Source of the DNA: an uncultured virus (IMG/VR IMGVR_UViG_3300002138_000037)
Lineage: Duplodnaviria > Heunggongvirae > Uroviricota > Caudoviricetes
Reading direction: 5' to 3' (one strand)
Length of the DNA: 64,000 nucleotides
IMG/VR virus record: IMGVR_UViG_3300002138_000037
Location: 1 to 64,000 of that record
Shown: in pieces, positions 37,669 through 48,600 of the stretch
Layout: every line of letters starts with the position of its first letter
How positions within the stretch are numbered: position 1 is the first letter of the stretch
Notes under the pieces: generated by a model
Seen by the model: only the letters and a program-made list of their open reading frames with translations
The model's database searches: none
What the model was told of the DNA's origin: nothing
Program-made: the position numbers and the translations under genes

Positions 37669-40065
37669 ATGCATGGTAGCACCAAAAAGGGAACAAAATA
37701 CAGTCTATTAAATCGACCAGTCGATATTGAAGATACGTCATATCGTTCAGAATATTTCGTCATATCGGATTTAAATCCCACGTTGACGGCTGGTAAAAAT
37801 ATGTTCACCATAAACGGGTCGAATAAGTTAAAGCCTCGATCCGGCATTTTGTTGGAAATATTGGATTCTAAAGGTGGAGTATTGTATTACGAAACCGCTA
37901 AATCGGGTTATTTTTCTTATGCCGATACAACCGATTTGGTAGTTTCTATCCATATTTATGAATCCACACCGTCCGGCTTTGGTAAAGTTGTATTGATGGG
38001 AACGACGGTTGATGGTAAAGTTGTTCGTTGGAACACAAATATAAAGATTAACCCAACTTTGGATAACTCATCTAAAGTTACATTTTTCAATACACCCTCG
38101 GTTGAAACTGAGGAATTTTTATCTCTTATATTAAATGAGTCAATATCCAGTGGTTCACAAACCATTGAAACTATTAACGGCAGCGTTAAGGGATATTCAC
38201 TATTTCCAAAAATATACACTGATATACATTCCATAGATATTCGGAAAACTGATTTAGATTATCGACTCTCATACACCGACACCTCATCTGCAATTGATTT
38301 AAATTCATTCAATTTACAAAATAAAGATAGAGAAATCGAACTTTACATAAGTGAAATATCATACCTAGATAATAACGTATTGAAAAACAAAGTTGTTAAT
38401 ATCACGGAATCTTTCTTTGTTGATGGAGTAACAAATACGACCGAACTTCAATTGGATAGACCATTCACATATTACATTAATAATACGACTCAAATAGTGC
38501 CTATTGTATCAGCATCATTCACACAAACATTAAATTCGAGCACATACTTAACATCTTCGGGATTGATTACATCATCCCTTAACCCCGATGGTGTTCCTGA
38601 TCCTACAATATATCTTTCACAGAGAGTTGATGGGGAAGATTTATTTTTGAAAGAGGCATTTCTTGATATAACCTATAAAAATCTAAAAACGTTGACGGGA
38701 AAAGTTCATAGACATAAAGTTTACAGACGTAGTTTAAATAAGGCATCGGAATTTGAATGTATCGCCGATGAACCACTTATCGAAAAAGAATTCATATTTG
38801 ATTCTTCGACAATTAACAGGTTTTATGCGAATATTGGTGAGTTTTACGAACAGAATCACATAGCCAAATATTACTACACCAGTTCGACGGATTTAACGTT
38901 GACTCAGAGTTCGATTACTCATTTGAATTCGATGATTTGTAATTCGACAGATGTTAATTTGAATCAAAGTCGATATATCATAATAAAGAATGATACTTCA
39001 TTGGTCACAAGTCTGACTTCTTCAGCTTCATATGTCGATTTTAATGCAAATTCGTTTGCGAATAAAACAGGTTCTTCATATGATTCCAATTTTATTAAAT
39101 TGTATAAAAATACAGACTATCTATTTTCATCGAACGTTGACATTGTAAAAAACAATCCGGTAAGTGAGAGTAGATTATTATTCTATTTGACTGGTTCCTA
39201 CAATACATCAACCGCAACCGTAGAACAAAACTATATCAATGGTAAAGGATTGTTATTAAAAGAGTATAACCTTCCGATTGGGACAAATTTAAAATCGTTC
39301 ACGAAAGATGATTTCAATTTATTGAATTTTATCAACGACTATATCGGAACAATTGTTATCATACCAGTCAATATCAGTCAATTTAGAATTGATAATCTAT
39401 CTTTGACATCCCATGCGGAATTTGGTTTTTCACCAGATACCTTCTTCACCCGAATATCCTTCCCGGTCAGTATTAAAAACGAACAGTTTGAAATAAAGGT
39501 GGAATTTTTAGATATTAATAACAATTCAATTTACTCAGGTATTCGTAAAATTGTTAATATGGATAGGAATGGCGAAACGTTGGCGAAGAATATTCCCAAT
39601 TTTGTTACTGCGGACACCGGCACTATCATAAATGCATTGGCATCTGGTAGTGGTAAATTGACATTATCATCATCCCGTGATTCATCACAATCTTTTACAG
39701 TTGATAGAGCTACTCTATCCGTCATTGAAAGTTTCGTCGTACAAAAGGATAATTCCAGTGGTAATGCATTTTTCGTGGTGGAGAGCACGGATACCGAGGA
39801 TTACTGTCGAGTTGATGGTAAATTATACATGACTGGTTCGATATACATGTCTCCATCCGAACGGCTATATGGAACTAGTAGTTATTCAATTTCCGCGAGT
39901 CAATCAAATAGTAGTAGTTATTTGAATTATGGTGTATCCAATAACCACGTGACCCAATTCACCGCGTCATCGTTTGATGGTGCAGCGAGAACTGCATCGG
40001 GTTATATTCCCATAAACCTCAATGGATCAACCGTTTATATTCCTTACTTTACTGCTATTTCTTAA
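37669..40065 (+). CDS. large structural protein
   Basis: 798 aa, beta-rich, S/T-G-S rich, late motif at 37652. Confidence 0.7.
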   Translation: MHGSTKKGTKYSLLNRPVDIEDTSYRSEYFVISDLNPTLTAGKNMFTINGSNKLKPRSGILLEILDSKGGVLYYETAKSGYFSYADTTDLVVSIHIYESTPSGFGKVVLMGTTVDGKVVRWNTNIKINPTLDNSSKVTFFNTPSVETEEFLSLILNESISSGSQTIETINGSVKGYSLFPKIYTDIHSIDIRKTDLDYRLSYTDTSSAIDLNSFNLQNKDREIELYISEISYLDNNVLKNKVVNITESFFVDGVTNTTELQLDRPFTYYINNTTQIVPIVSASFTQTLNSSTYLTSSGLITSSLNPDGVPDPTIYLSQRVDGEDLFLKEAFLDITYKNLKTLTGKVHRHKVYRRSLNKASEFECIADEPLIEKEFIFDSSTINRFYANIGEFYEQNHIAKYYYTSSTDLTLTQSSITHLNSMICNSTDVNLNQSRYIIIKNDTSLVTSLTSSASYVDFNANSFANKTGSSYDSNFIKLYKNTDYLFSSNVDIVKNNPVSESRLLFYLTGSYNTSTATVEQNYINGKGLLLKEYNLPIGTNLKSFTKDDFNLLNFINDYIGTIVIIPVNISQFRIDNLSLTSHAEFGFSPDTFFTRISFPVSIKNEQFEIKVEFLDINNNSIYSGIRKIVNMDRNGETLAKNIPNFVTADTGTIINALASGSGKLTLSSSRDSSQSFTVDRATLSVIESFVVQKDNSSGNAFFVVESTDTEDYCRVDGKLYMTGSIYMSPSERLYGTSSYSISASQSNSSSYLNYGVSNNHVTQFTASSFDGAARTASGYIPINLNGSTVYIPYFTAIS

Positions 40066-40173
40066 TTTTGAGACTATTTATGTATAAAATAGAGACTTTC
40101 GATAAATTTACGAATTAAAATTAAACTTCAAATAAACCGAAATGTATATATCTTTGTTAAATGGTTATATAAT

Positions 40174-40779
40174 ATGAAAAGAGCAAAAAACAAAAGCAAC
40201 ATCGAAATCGTAAAAGGATATTTGGCAGGCGAACGACCATTCACACAAGTTGGTTGGGTGCCGGATTTTAAAAAACGAAAAGAAGGTGAAACTTGGACCG
40301 ATGCACAAAATAAGTCTTGGATTTTCAAAGGTGGTCGTAAAAAACGTGTCAATAAGAGTGTAAAAATAAATCCAGATGACGTTAGATTGAGATGTAAAGA
40401 TTGTCAAATGGATGTTAAATGGGGTAATTATCTCGATGATCGAGTTTTTTACAAAAGCGGTAGATGTTACGATTGTTTAATCAAATTTGAAACCAAATTG
40501 AAACGTGATGGTGAATTTCGTCACTACGAACAAGTCAAAATTTTCAAAAATCAAAAAGGATTTTGTTTGGATTTGAAGGGTAAACTCGAAGATACCATAA
40601 AATATCTCGAAAACTCCAACGAGGACATCGTTTATATAAACGAAGATGGTAGTAAAGATGTTTGGAAAGATACAACTAAAGGTCAAGTGTTGGAAGATGC
40701 AAAACGTGATTATCAGGAATGTTTGGATGCATTGGTTCGGATTGATGAACAGTTGGAAAAGTTAAAGAAATATGAGTGA
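40174..40779 (+). CDS. hypothetical Zn-finger protein upstream of terminase
   Basis: CKDC..CYDC; overlaps terminase start. Confidence 0.75.
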   Translation: MKRAKNKSNIEIVKGYLAGERPFTQVGWVPDFKKRKEGETWTDAQNKSWIFKGGRKKRVNKSVKINPDDVRLRCKDCQMDVKWGNYLDDRVFYKSGRCYDCLIKFETKLKRDGEFRHYEQVKIFKNQKGFCLDLKGKLEDTIKYLENSNEDIVYINEDGSKDVWKDTTKGQVLEDAKRDYQECLDALVRIDEQLEKLKKYE

Positions 40780-41614
40780 CCCAAAAGTTAATTTACGAGA
40801 TGTAATTAAGAGTGAGTATTCTAGGTGTTTGGTGGATCCAATATACTTCATGAAGAAGTATGTTAAAATTCAACATCCGCTTCGGGGGACAATTCCATTT
40901 GAACTTTATCCATTTCAGGAAAAAGCGTTGAGAGAATTATGCGATAATAATTACAACATTATTCTCAAATCACGTCAGATGGGTATTACCACTCTGACGT
41001 CCGCATACTCATTATGGATGATGATTTTCCATCCTGATAAAAACATTCTCTGTATCAGTATCAAACAAGAAACGTCGAAAGAAATTGTTACACGGGTAAG
41101 ATTTGCAAACAATAATCTACCTTCTTGGTTGAAATTACAATGTGTTGAAGATAATCGGCTTTCCCTCCGATTAAAAAATGGTTCTCAAATCAAAGCAGTT
41201 TCATCATCCGGTGATGCAGGTCGTTCTTCCGCACTTTCATTGTTGATTATTGACGAAGCAGCCTTCATTGACAATATCGAAGAAATTTGGTTGTCCGCAC
41301 AATACACTCTATCTACTGGTGGTAAAGCAATTATTCTCAGTACTCCAAACGGTGTTGGTAATTTCTTTCATAAGACGTGGATGAAAGCAGCGGCAGATGA
41401 AAATGAATTCAATACCATTAACCTCCCTTGGTATTTACATCCAGAAAGAGATCAACACTGGCGAGATAAACAAACGGAATTGTCCGGTGTAAAAGGTTCG
41501 GCTCAAGAATGTGATTGTCTGTGGGGAGAATCCAAAGTTTGTGTTCGAGATATAAACACCAAAGTCGTAAGTTATATGACATTGGAAGAATTATTCATCT
41601 CTTTATCAAATTAA
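40772..41614 (+). CDS. terL: terminase large subunit ATPase half fused to split-intein N-fragment
   Basis: LYPFQ, KSRQMGIT, LIIDEAAF, STPNG; ends AQECD|CLWGESKV..(32 aa). Confidence 0.93.
   Translation: MSDPKVNLRDVIKSEYSRCLVDPIYFMKKYVKIQHPLRGTIPFELYPFQEKALRELCDNNYNIILKSRQMGITTLTSAYSLWMMIFHPDKNILCISIKQETSKEIVTRVRFANNNLPSWLKLQCVEDNRLSLRLKNGSQIKAVSSSGDAGRSSALSLLIIDEAAFIDNIEEIWLSAQYTLSTGGKAIILSTPNGVGNFFHKTWMKAAADENEFNTINLPWYLHPERDQHWRDKQTELSGVKGSAQECDCLWGESKVCVRDINTKVVSYMTLEELFISLSN
41516..41611 (+). mobile_element. split intein N-fragment (32 aa)
   Basis: Block A CLWGESKV followed by MTLEELF and stop. Confidence 0.88.
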
Positions 41615-41642
41615 CACTATTTATACGCAAGAATGTGACTGT

Positions 41643-42365
41643 ATGAATTATGTTAAATTAGGTTGGGATAATATAAAATTAGAATTGAACTCTATTAATG
41701 AATTTTATTCTTTATCCGAGACAGTTAGTAGATTAAAGCATGAAAATTTTTATAAATCTTTGTTTGGTAAAGCAAAAAACAGAACTCTAATAAAATCTGA
41801 TCCAATTTTGTATAAATCAATATATACATGGACTTCTATTTTAGAATTAACGTTTAAAAGTCAAAAATCATACAAAGGAAATTTTAATTTCAAATATCGT
41901 ATTTTGTTTTTAGTAGAAAAAAATGCAGATGTCCAGAAATTACTATGTAAATGTGGTAAACGATATACATGGAACACATATTGTAGATATTGTCCAGAAT
42001 ATCATGTTACTTGTAAATCACATTCTACGGAAACGAAGAAAAAACAAAGAATTGCAGCCATAAATTATATATCAAATTGTTCCGGTAAATGTGTTCCTAG
42101 ATATAATCGCAGTGCAATTAAATTGATTGAATCATATGGACGTGATAATGGATATAATTTTCGGCACGCAGAAAACGGTGGTGAAGTGTTTCTATCAAGT
42201 TTAGGATATTGGTTAGATGCTTATGATGAGGAAAAAAATGTTGTTTTGGAGATTGATGAACCGAGACATTTTAAAAATGGAAAACTAAAAAACAAAGATT
42301 TACAGAGACAAGTTGAGATAGAAAATTTTCTAGGATGTAAATTTGTACGGATTAAATATGATTAA
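41643..42365 (+). CDS. free-standing Vsr-like/PD-(D/E)xK homing endonuclease between intein halves
   Basis: NGGE..YWLDAYD..VLEIDEPRH..KD..RQ.EI...LGCKFVRI; own TATTTAT at 41618. Confidence 0.85.
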   Translation: MNYVKLGWDNIKLELNSINEFYSLSETVSRLKHENFYKSLFGKAKNRTLIKSDPILYKSIYTWTSILELTFKSQKSYKGNFNFKYRILFLVEKNADVQKLLCKCGKRYTWNTYCRYCPEYHVTCKSHSTETKKKQRIAAINYISNCSGKCVPRYNRSAIKLIESYGRDNGYNFRHAENGGEVFLSSLGYWLDAYDEEKNVVLEIDEPRHFKNGKLKNKDLQRQVEIENFLGCKFVRIKYD

Positions 42366-42687
42366 AAATAATAAATATGAAATACAAACGCCGTCTGGAT
42401 TTCAACATTTTGAAGGAATTAGAAAGTTGGAGAAATCCGAACATGTAAAATTGACATTATCGGATGGAACAGTTCTCAAATGTTCACTCACACACCCATT
42501 TATATCTAATGGAAAAGAAATAAAATGTTCGGAATTATCAATTGGCACTATTTTAGATTCACGTCAACTTAATAAATATACTACAGTTAAATGTATTGAA
42601 AAAATTAATGATTCAATACTATTATATGATATAGTAGAAGTTACTGGTGGGAATATTTTTTACGTCGATGGGATTGTCTCACATAAT
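42358..42687 (+). mobile_element. split intein C-fragment (110 aa)
   Basis: TPSGF, block B CSLTHPF, block F LYDI, block G SHN plus Cys+1. Confidence 0.9.
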
Positions 42688-43560
42688 TGTGATTTTACAA
42701 CAACTGGCCATACCTTATTGGAAACCGATACGTTGAAATGGATTAAAGAAAATAGAATTAAAGACCCAATAGAAAAACGATTTGCAAACCAAAGTCTATG
42801 GATTTGGGAATATCCAGATTATACGAAGAATTATTTGATTTGCGCCGACGTTGCTCGTGGTGATGGTGATGATTATTCCGCATTTCACGTTCTTGAAATG
42901 GAATCATTGACACAGGTTGCGGAATTTAAAGGTGCGGTAGATACCAAGACTTATGGAAATCTACTCGTCAGTATGGCAGTCGAGTATAATAAAGCAATAT
43001 TGGTCGTGGAAAATAACAACATCGGATGGGCAACTCTACAACAGGTTATTGATTCACAGTATCCAAATACATTTTATAGTAGTGCCGATTTACACTACGT
43101 CGATTTGGAAAAACAATTAACTAACAAACATCATCGAATTGAGAGAAACATGGTTCCGGGTTTCACCACAACCACCAAAACCAGACCACTTATAATTTCG
43201 AAATTGGAAGATTATTTCAGAGAACGTAGTGTTATTACAAACTCGATTCGATTATATGAAGAATTATCCGTCTTCATCTGGAATAATGGAAAAGCACAAG
43301 CAATGACTGGATATAATGACGATTTAGTTACTTCATTGGGTATGGGATTATGGGTAAGAGATACAGCACTTAGACTCAAATCTGAATCCGGGGAGTATGT
43401 TAAATCATTAATCGGAGGTATTAGTAAAACAGGTGATACCGAGGTTATTTATACATCCCAAACAAAGAAATCTCATGATTATTGGAGCATGCCTTCATCA
43501 GCCGGTAGTTCATTAACAAATCCAAATAGAGAAAGAGAAGATCTAAAGTGGTTGTTATAA
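42358..43560 (+). CDS. terL: split-intein C-fragment fused to terminase nuclease half
   Basis: VSHN|CDFTTTG junction; ADVARGDGDDYSA, VENN, NDDLV RNase H-like motifs. Confidence 0.93.
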   Translation: MIKNNKYEIQTPSGFQHFEGIRKLEKSEHVKLTLSDGTVLKCSLTHPFISNGKEIKCSELSIGTILDSRQLNKYTTVKCIEKINDSILLYDIVEVTGGNIFYVDGIVSHNCDFTTTGHTLLETDTLKWIKENRIKDPIEKRFANQSLWIWEYPDYTKNYLICADVARGDGDDYSAFHVLEMESLTQVAEFKGAVDTKTYGNLLVSMAVEYNKAILVVENNNIGWATLQQVIDSQYPNTFYSSADLHYVDLEKQLTNKHHRIERNMVPGFTTTTKTRPLIISKLEDYFRERSVITNSIRLYEELSVFIWNNGKAQAMTGYNDDLVTSLGMGLWVRDTALRLKSESGEYVKSLIGGISKTGDTEVIYTSQTKKSHDYWSMPSSAGSSLTNPNREREDLKWLL

Positions 43561-43590
43561 TACACAATCACTATATATATCATATATTTT

Positions 43591-45585
43591 ATGGCGAATA
43601 ACAACAACGATAAACCAATAGATTTAAAATCAAAAAGTCTTTATGCGAGATTGAAAAGACTTTTTTCCACAGATGTCATAGTCCGTAATGTCGGTGGTAA
43701 AATGTTGAAGATAAAAGATACCGACCACGTTCAGTATGCGACGGATAGAAATACATTGCGTGATAGATTTAATCGAGTAAGAACATCTGGTTACGGTCAG
43801 TATAGTAGAGATTTCACTCTTGCATATCAAGCTTCTCGAATCGAATTATTCCGAGATTATGATACAATGGATATGGATCCAATCATTGCATCTGCGTTGG
43901 ATATTTACGCGGATGAATGTCTCACACAAAATGAAATGGGATTTATTCTGAATATAAAGGCCGACGATAATAATATTAAGAAGATTCTCGAAAATCTTTA
44001 CTATGACATTTTGAATATCGAATTCAATCTATGGAGTTGGACACGTAATATGTGTAAATACGGCGACTTCTACTTGAAAATGTATATCTCCCCGGAATAT
44101 GGTGTTTATTTGGTCGAACCACTATCGGCTTATAATGTTAGTCGAGTTGAAAATAGTGATCCAATGAATAAAAACTACGTGAAGTATCAAGTTAGTTTTG
44201 AATCGGGTGTCATGGAAGAATTGGAAAATTATCAAGTTGCACATTTTAGATTGATAAGTGATAGTAATTTCCTTCCTTATGGTAAATCAATGATTGAAGG
44301 TGGCCGTCGTGTTTGGAAACAGTTGAGTCTGATGGAAGATGCTATGTTAATTCATCGTATCATGCGTGCACCGGATAAACGGGTATTTAAAATTGATATC
44401 GGAAATATACCTCCATCCGAAATTGATAATTTTATGGAACGAACCATTAGTAAGTTGAAGAAAGTTCCATATATTGATGAACAGACGGGTGATTATAACC
44501 TTCGATTTAATATGCAGAACATGGTGGAGGATTTCTATCTACCGGTTCGTGGTAGTGATAGTGGAACAGATATTCAACCGTTATCCGGTATGGAATTTAC
44601 GGGTATTGATGACATCGAATATTTGAGAAACAAAATGATGGCTGCGTTGAAAATTCCGAAAGCCTTCTTGGGATATGAAGAAGATTTGAGTGGTAAAGCA
44701 ACATTGGCTGCGGAAGACATTCGTTTTGCAAGAACTATCGCACGTATTCAAAAAATTCTTGTCAGTGAATTAACAAAAATTGGTATCGTTCATTTATATT
44801 CACAGGGATATACCGATGAGAATTTGGTAGATTTTAGACTAGAATTGACCAATCCATCAACTATCTTCGAGAAAGAAAAAGTGGATATTTGGGGTGCTAA
44901 AGTTGGTGTTGCTAAGGATATGATGGAAAATAAACTCTTCTCTAAGAAGTGGATATATGCACATGTATTTAATATGTCCGATGAAGATGTATTGGATACC
45001 AAGAGTGAAGTGGTTGAAGATGCTAAACAAAATTGGAGATTTGCACAAATTGAAGAGGAAGGTAATGATCCAGCAGTTTCGATGCAAAAAGTTGATGGAG
45101 GTGGTAACTTGGAACCTCTTGGAGGCGGCGGTGGTGGGGCTGGATACACTCCTACCGATAAAGATGGGGAGGAAGACACTGGTGAACCGGGACCAGAGGG
45201 TGAAGGTGAACCGGGGGGGGAACCTGGCGATGAGGCAGGAGCTAATACCGGTAAAGTCAAACCAGAACCAGGCGCTAAGGATTTAGGGGGAACGCCGTTG
45301 GCTGAAAAAACTTATGTTAGACCGTCGCAAAAGGGTAAGAAAAATGCTCGTGATTATCCTTTCGGAGAAGATCCACTTGGTCGGTTGGAAAATAGAGCCG
45401 ATTATCGAAAAAATCCAATTCGTCATAAATTCAAAAATAACTCACCATTGGGATTTGAGTCGATTAATTTGAGTAGTTTATCATCTCATTTAAACCGGAA
45501 CGTTAAGACGGAATTGATAACGGAAAGTGGAAACACCAAGTCAATGTTAGATGAAACTAACATCATTTCCGACGATAAGAATTAA
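43591..45585 (+). CDS. gp20: portal protein
   Basis: ALDIYADE, KYGDF, LMEDAMLIHRIMRAPDKRVFKIDIGN, EDFYLP, ALKIPK. Confidence 0.95.
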   Translation: MANNNNDKPIDLKSKSLYARLKRLFSTDVIVRNVGGKMLKIKDTDHVQYATDRNTLRDRFNRVRTSGYGQYSRDFTLAYQASRIELFRDYDTMDMDPIIASALDIYADECLTQNEMGFILNIKADDNNIKKILENLYYDILNIEFNLWSWTRNMCKYGDFYLKMYISPEYGVYLVEPLSAYNVSRVENSDPMNKNYVKYQVSFESGVMEELENYQVAHFRLISDSNFLPYGKSMIEGGRRVWKQLSLMEDAMLIHRIMRAPDKRVFKIDIGNIPPSEIDNFMERTISKLKKVPYIDEQTGDYNLRFNMQNMVEDFYLPVRGSDSGTDIQPLSGMEFTGIDDIEYLRNKMMAALKIPKAFLGYEEDLSGKATLAAEDIRFARTIARIQKILVSELTKIGIVHLYSQGYTDENLVDFRLELTNPSTIFEKEKVDIWGAKVGVAKDMMENKLFSKKWIYAHVFNMSDEDVLDTKSEVVEDAKQNWRFAQIEEEGNDPAVSMQKVDGGGNLEPLGGGGGGAGYTPTDKDGEEDTGEPGPEGEGEPGGEPGDEAGANTGKVKPEPGAKDLGGTPLAEKTYVRPSQKGKKNARDYPFGEDPLGRLENRADYRKNPIRHKFKNNSPLGFESINLSSLSSHLNRNVKTELITESGNTKSMLDETNIISDDKN

Positions 45586-45652
45586 ATATATTACAAAATA
45601 TAGAATTTTAACAAAAAAACACAATATTTATAAATTAAGGTAAATTAGATAT

Positions 45653-46519
45653 ATGCATAAGTCTAAACATTCGAAATTCAAAAATACGGGAATATTATTT
45701 GAATTATTAGCGAGACAAGTGACCGCCGACATTTTGGCGGGTAAAAACGAGTCGAAAGCTAAAGATATTCTATTCAAGTATTTTAAAGAAAGCAAACAGC
45801 TTGGGAAGGAGTGGCAGTTATACAACTTCCTCGTCAATGAACAGTTTCTTACTGAGTCTAAAGCGGAACAATCACTTTCGGTGGTGTTAAAAACGAGGGA
45901 ATCCCTTAATACCAAACAACTCAATCAGGAAAAATACGATTTAATCAAGGAAATTAAGGAAACATATCCCATCGACGCATTTCTAAAATCGAGTATTAAA
46001 AATTATAAAGTTCACGCATCTATCTACAAAGTATTTGAAAATCACATCGAATCAAACAGTTTTAGAATTGAAGATGTAGTTAAAGCCAAATCCTTCTTAT
46101 TGGAAAATTTAGTTGTCAATAAGAAGGATAATCAGGTTAAAGACGATGAATTGTTGGAGTATTACAGAAAGGAAAGTGAAGAAGTTCGTTTATTGGCATA
46201 TAAATTCTTGGTTGAAAAACTCAACAGTAAATACAACTCCTTAGATTCAAGTCAGAAGAGAATGTTGAAGGAATATATCAACGGAGTGTCTAACACAACA
46301 CATATTTCTACATTTATTGCGGAAGAAAAGAGTAAAATTCAAAAAGAATTGGAAGATTTATCTCCAAATATTGATTCACAAATTATCCGCATCAAAATTA
46401 ACGAAGTAAATAATCAGTTAAATAAGATAAATTTGAGTAAGGGTGTTAAAGATAATCACGTCATGTTGTTGTTACTCTCATATGAATTGATTAAAGAAAT
46501 CAAAGCCGGATTGAAATAA
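45653..46519 (+). CDS. head-region helical protein (prohead core candidate)
   Basis: KHSKFKNTGILFELL; position after portal. Confidence 0.7.
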   Translation: MHKSKHSKFKNTGILFELLARQVTADILAGKNESKAKDILFKYFKESKQLGKEWQLYNFLVNEQFLTESKAEQSLSVVLKTRESLNTKQLNQEKYDLIKEIKETYPIDAFLKSSIKNYKVHASIYKVFENHIESNSFRIEDVVKAKSFLLENLVVNKKDNQVKDDELLEYYRKESEEVRLLAYKFLVEKLNSKYNSLDSSQKRMLKEYINGVSNTTHISTFIAEEKSKIQKELEDLSPNIDSQIIRIKINEVNNQLNKINLSKGVKDNHVMLLLLSYELIKEIKAGLK

Positions 46520-46520
46520 T

Positions 46521-47153
46521 ATGAAGGACATTAAATCAGCAATAAAAAAGATTGTTAGTGAAATCTTGAAAGAAATGACCTCCACTGGTTCAGTGGCTGG
46601 TTATCAGACACCATTTGCGTTTAGTCGTAAAGGTGCAGGTAAAAACGCGGCAACTAAAGGTAGTGAAAAGTTGGGTTATAAACCCGTAAAAGACATTGAT
46701 GAAACGGTCGAAGAGGAATATGAGAAATTAAATGAAGAAGCTTCATACGATGCGTCCAAAGATGTACAATCTTTAAAACAAGCAATGGCGTCAACCGAAT
46801 ATTCATTGGAACAAAAATTTCGTCAAAATTTAACACAGAAATTAGCGGGTAAAAATGTTCAGGCACAGGCTAGTAAAGGATATGGTCAAGCTGAAAAAAT
46901 GTATAATGTAAGAGTGGATGCAGTCACTTTGGAAGATTATTATGGTAAAGACGATTATAAGTTGATTTTACATGGGGCTGAATCTGGTCGTCAAGAAAAG
47001 GATAAACAATTTTTTGTAAATACAGCCATTCCATTAAAAATTATGTCGAATGCTACACAAGCTGGTGTATCGCAACCTGCTGTTCCAACAGCCGTAGCTC
47101 CAGTAGCGCCAGTAGCTCCTACAACCCCTCTTGAAAAACAAATTGCTAACTAA
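46521..47153 (+). CDS. head-region protein
   Basis: IKKIVSEILKE, GYQTPFAF, LNE site. Confidence 0.7.
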   Translation: MKDIKSAIKKIVSEILKEMTSTGSVAGYQTPFAFSRKGAGKNAATKGSEKLGYKPVKDIDETVEEEYEKLNEEASYDASKDVQSLKQAMASTEYSLEQKFRQNLTQKLAGKNVQAQASKGYGQAEKMYNVRVDAVTLEDYYGKDDYKLILHGAESGRQEKDKQFFVNTAIPLKIMSNATQAGVSQPAVPTAVAPVAPVAPTTPLEKQIAN

Positions 47154-47154
47154 T

Positions 47155-47763
47155 ATGAAAGAATTATTGATAGAATGTATTCCATTCGAGTTTAAACAAA
47201 CATTAAACGAGTCAGCGGCTGATGGTAAAATGTGTGTTAGTGGTATTTTACAACGTGCGGAGTCAAAAAATCAAAATGGTCGAGTGTATCCTTTTGAAAT
47301 ATTACAACGTGAAGTTGAAAAGTATAATCAAAATTTTGTTCAACAAAAACGTGCAATGGGTGAATTAGACCATCCAGACAGTGAAGTTGTGAATTTAAAA
47401 AACGTTAGTCATAACATACTCAGAACATGGTGGAATGGTAAAGAATTGATGGGTGAAGTGGAAATTTTGACTACTCCAAGCGGTAATATTTTGAAAGAAT
47501 TGTTGAAATGTGGAATCACCTTGGGAATTTCTAGTCGTGGTGCTGGAACGGTGAAGAAGGTTAATGAAAGCACCGTAGAAGTGAACGACGATTTTAGTTT
47601 AATTGCGTTTGATTTTGTTAGCAATCCTAGCACCATTGGGGCATTTATGTTTCAAAAGGCTCCAATGAATGAGTCGGTAACGAGGAATGTAATTAATCCA
47701 ATTGATAATAAGTGGACCAAAGTGGATGATATTATTCGAGACATTTTATCGGAAATTAAATAA
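47155..47763 (+). CDS. gp21: prohead core protease
   Basis: NQNGRVY, GELDHP, GISSRGAG, FDFVSNPS. Confidence 0.95.
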   Translation: MKELLIECIPFEFKQTLNESAADGKMCVSGILQRAESKNQNGRVYPFEILQREVEKYNQNFVQQKRAMGELDHPDSEVVNLKNVSHNILRTWWNGKELMGEVEILTTPSGNILKELLKCGITLGISSRGAGTVKKVNESTVEVNDDFSLIAFDFVSNPSTIGAFMFQKAPMNESVTRNVINPIDNKWTKVDDIIRDILSEIK

Positions 47764-47768
47764 CAATC

Positions 47769-48287
47769 ATGATAAATGACAATAGTGGTAAACAAATATT
47801 GAAGGGGTTGATACGGGAATTTCTTTCCGAGGAAGCCGAAAATCCCGTTGTTAAGAATGTTAAGGCGCAGGATAACTTTGATGATTTTGTAAACAAACCA
47901 GAAAATGTTGGTCAACCTTTCACGCGAGATGAAATAGACATTTTACAAACATTGGATATTAAACCCGATGAATCTTCCGCAACTCAAATCAAGTATAGTG
48001 CGACGGAACAGACAAATGGTAATAATAAGCAAATGGTGGTAATAAAAAAATTACAACCTAAACCCGTTTTTGTAGCGTTATGTTGTCCAGATCGTAGACC
48101 GGTGAATTTGAGTGCTGACGATGTTGATGTGGCGTCGGCCGTAAGTCCTACACCCGCACCACAACCAGAGAAAGTTGAGAAGGATACTATAATAATCAAA
48201 ATAAGTAGACCTATCAATCCTAGAGGTGATGAACATGCGTTATTTAATTTTGTGAATTACATTGTAAAGGAATTGAATATCAAATGA
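47769..48287 (+). CDS. head-region hypothetical protein
   Basis: LKGLIREFLSE N-terminus. Confidence 0.7.
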   Translation: MINDNSGKQILKGLIREFLSEEAENPVVKNVKAQDNFDDFVNKPENVGQPFTRDEIDILQTLDIKPDESSATQIKYSATEQTNGNNKQMVVIKKLQPKPVFVALCCPDRRPVNLSADDVDVASAVSPTPAPQPEKVEKDTIIIKISRPINPRGDEHALFNFVNYIVKELNIK

Positions 48288-48586
48288 ATAAGTTAACATT
48301 AAAAAGTGCTATTCAAACCGATTACATTCCACCCGATGATTGGTTAATCCATGAATGGGAGATGTTAAATGACCTTGGTTTTGAGGTTGATGATGCATAT
48401 TCCATGTCATTTGAACAGTTGGAGGACTTTCTCGGTAAAGAAAAAAAGGTTAAATTCAAAGTTTACCGTAAAAAAGATGGTTGGTATTTAGAACCAACCA
48501 TAAACAATCAAAAAACAAAAACGGAGATATTCCGATATCACACAAAGTTGATGCATCGGATTCACGACCTATTTGGAAAATTTTAA
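48284..48586 (+). CDS. hypothetical protein
   Basis: ATGA-coupled 100-aa ORF. Confidence 0.7.
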   Translation: MNKLTLKSAIQTDYIPPDDWLIHEWEMLNDLGFEVDDAYSMSFEQLEDFLGKEKKVKFKVYRKKDGWYLEPTINNQKTKTEIFRYHTKLMHRIHDLFGKF

Positions 48587-48600
48587 CTATTTATAATCGT

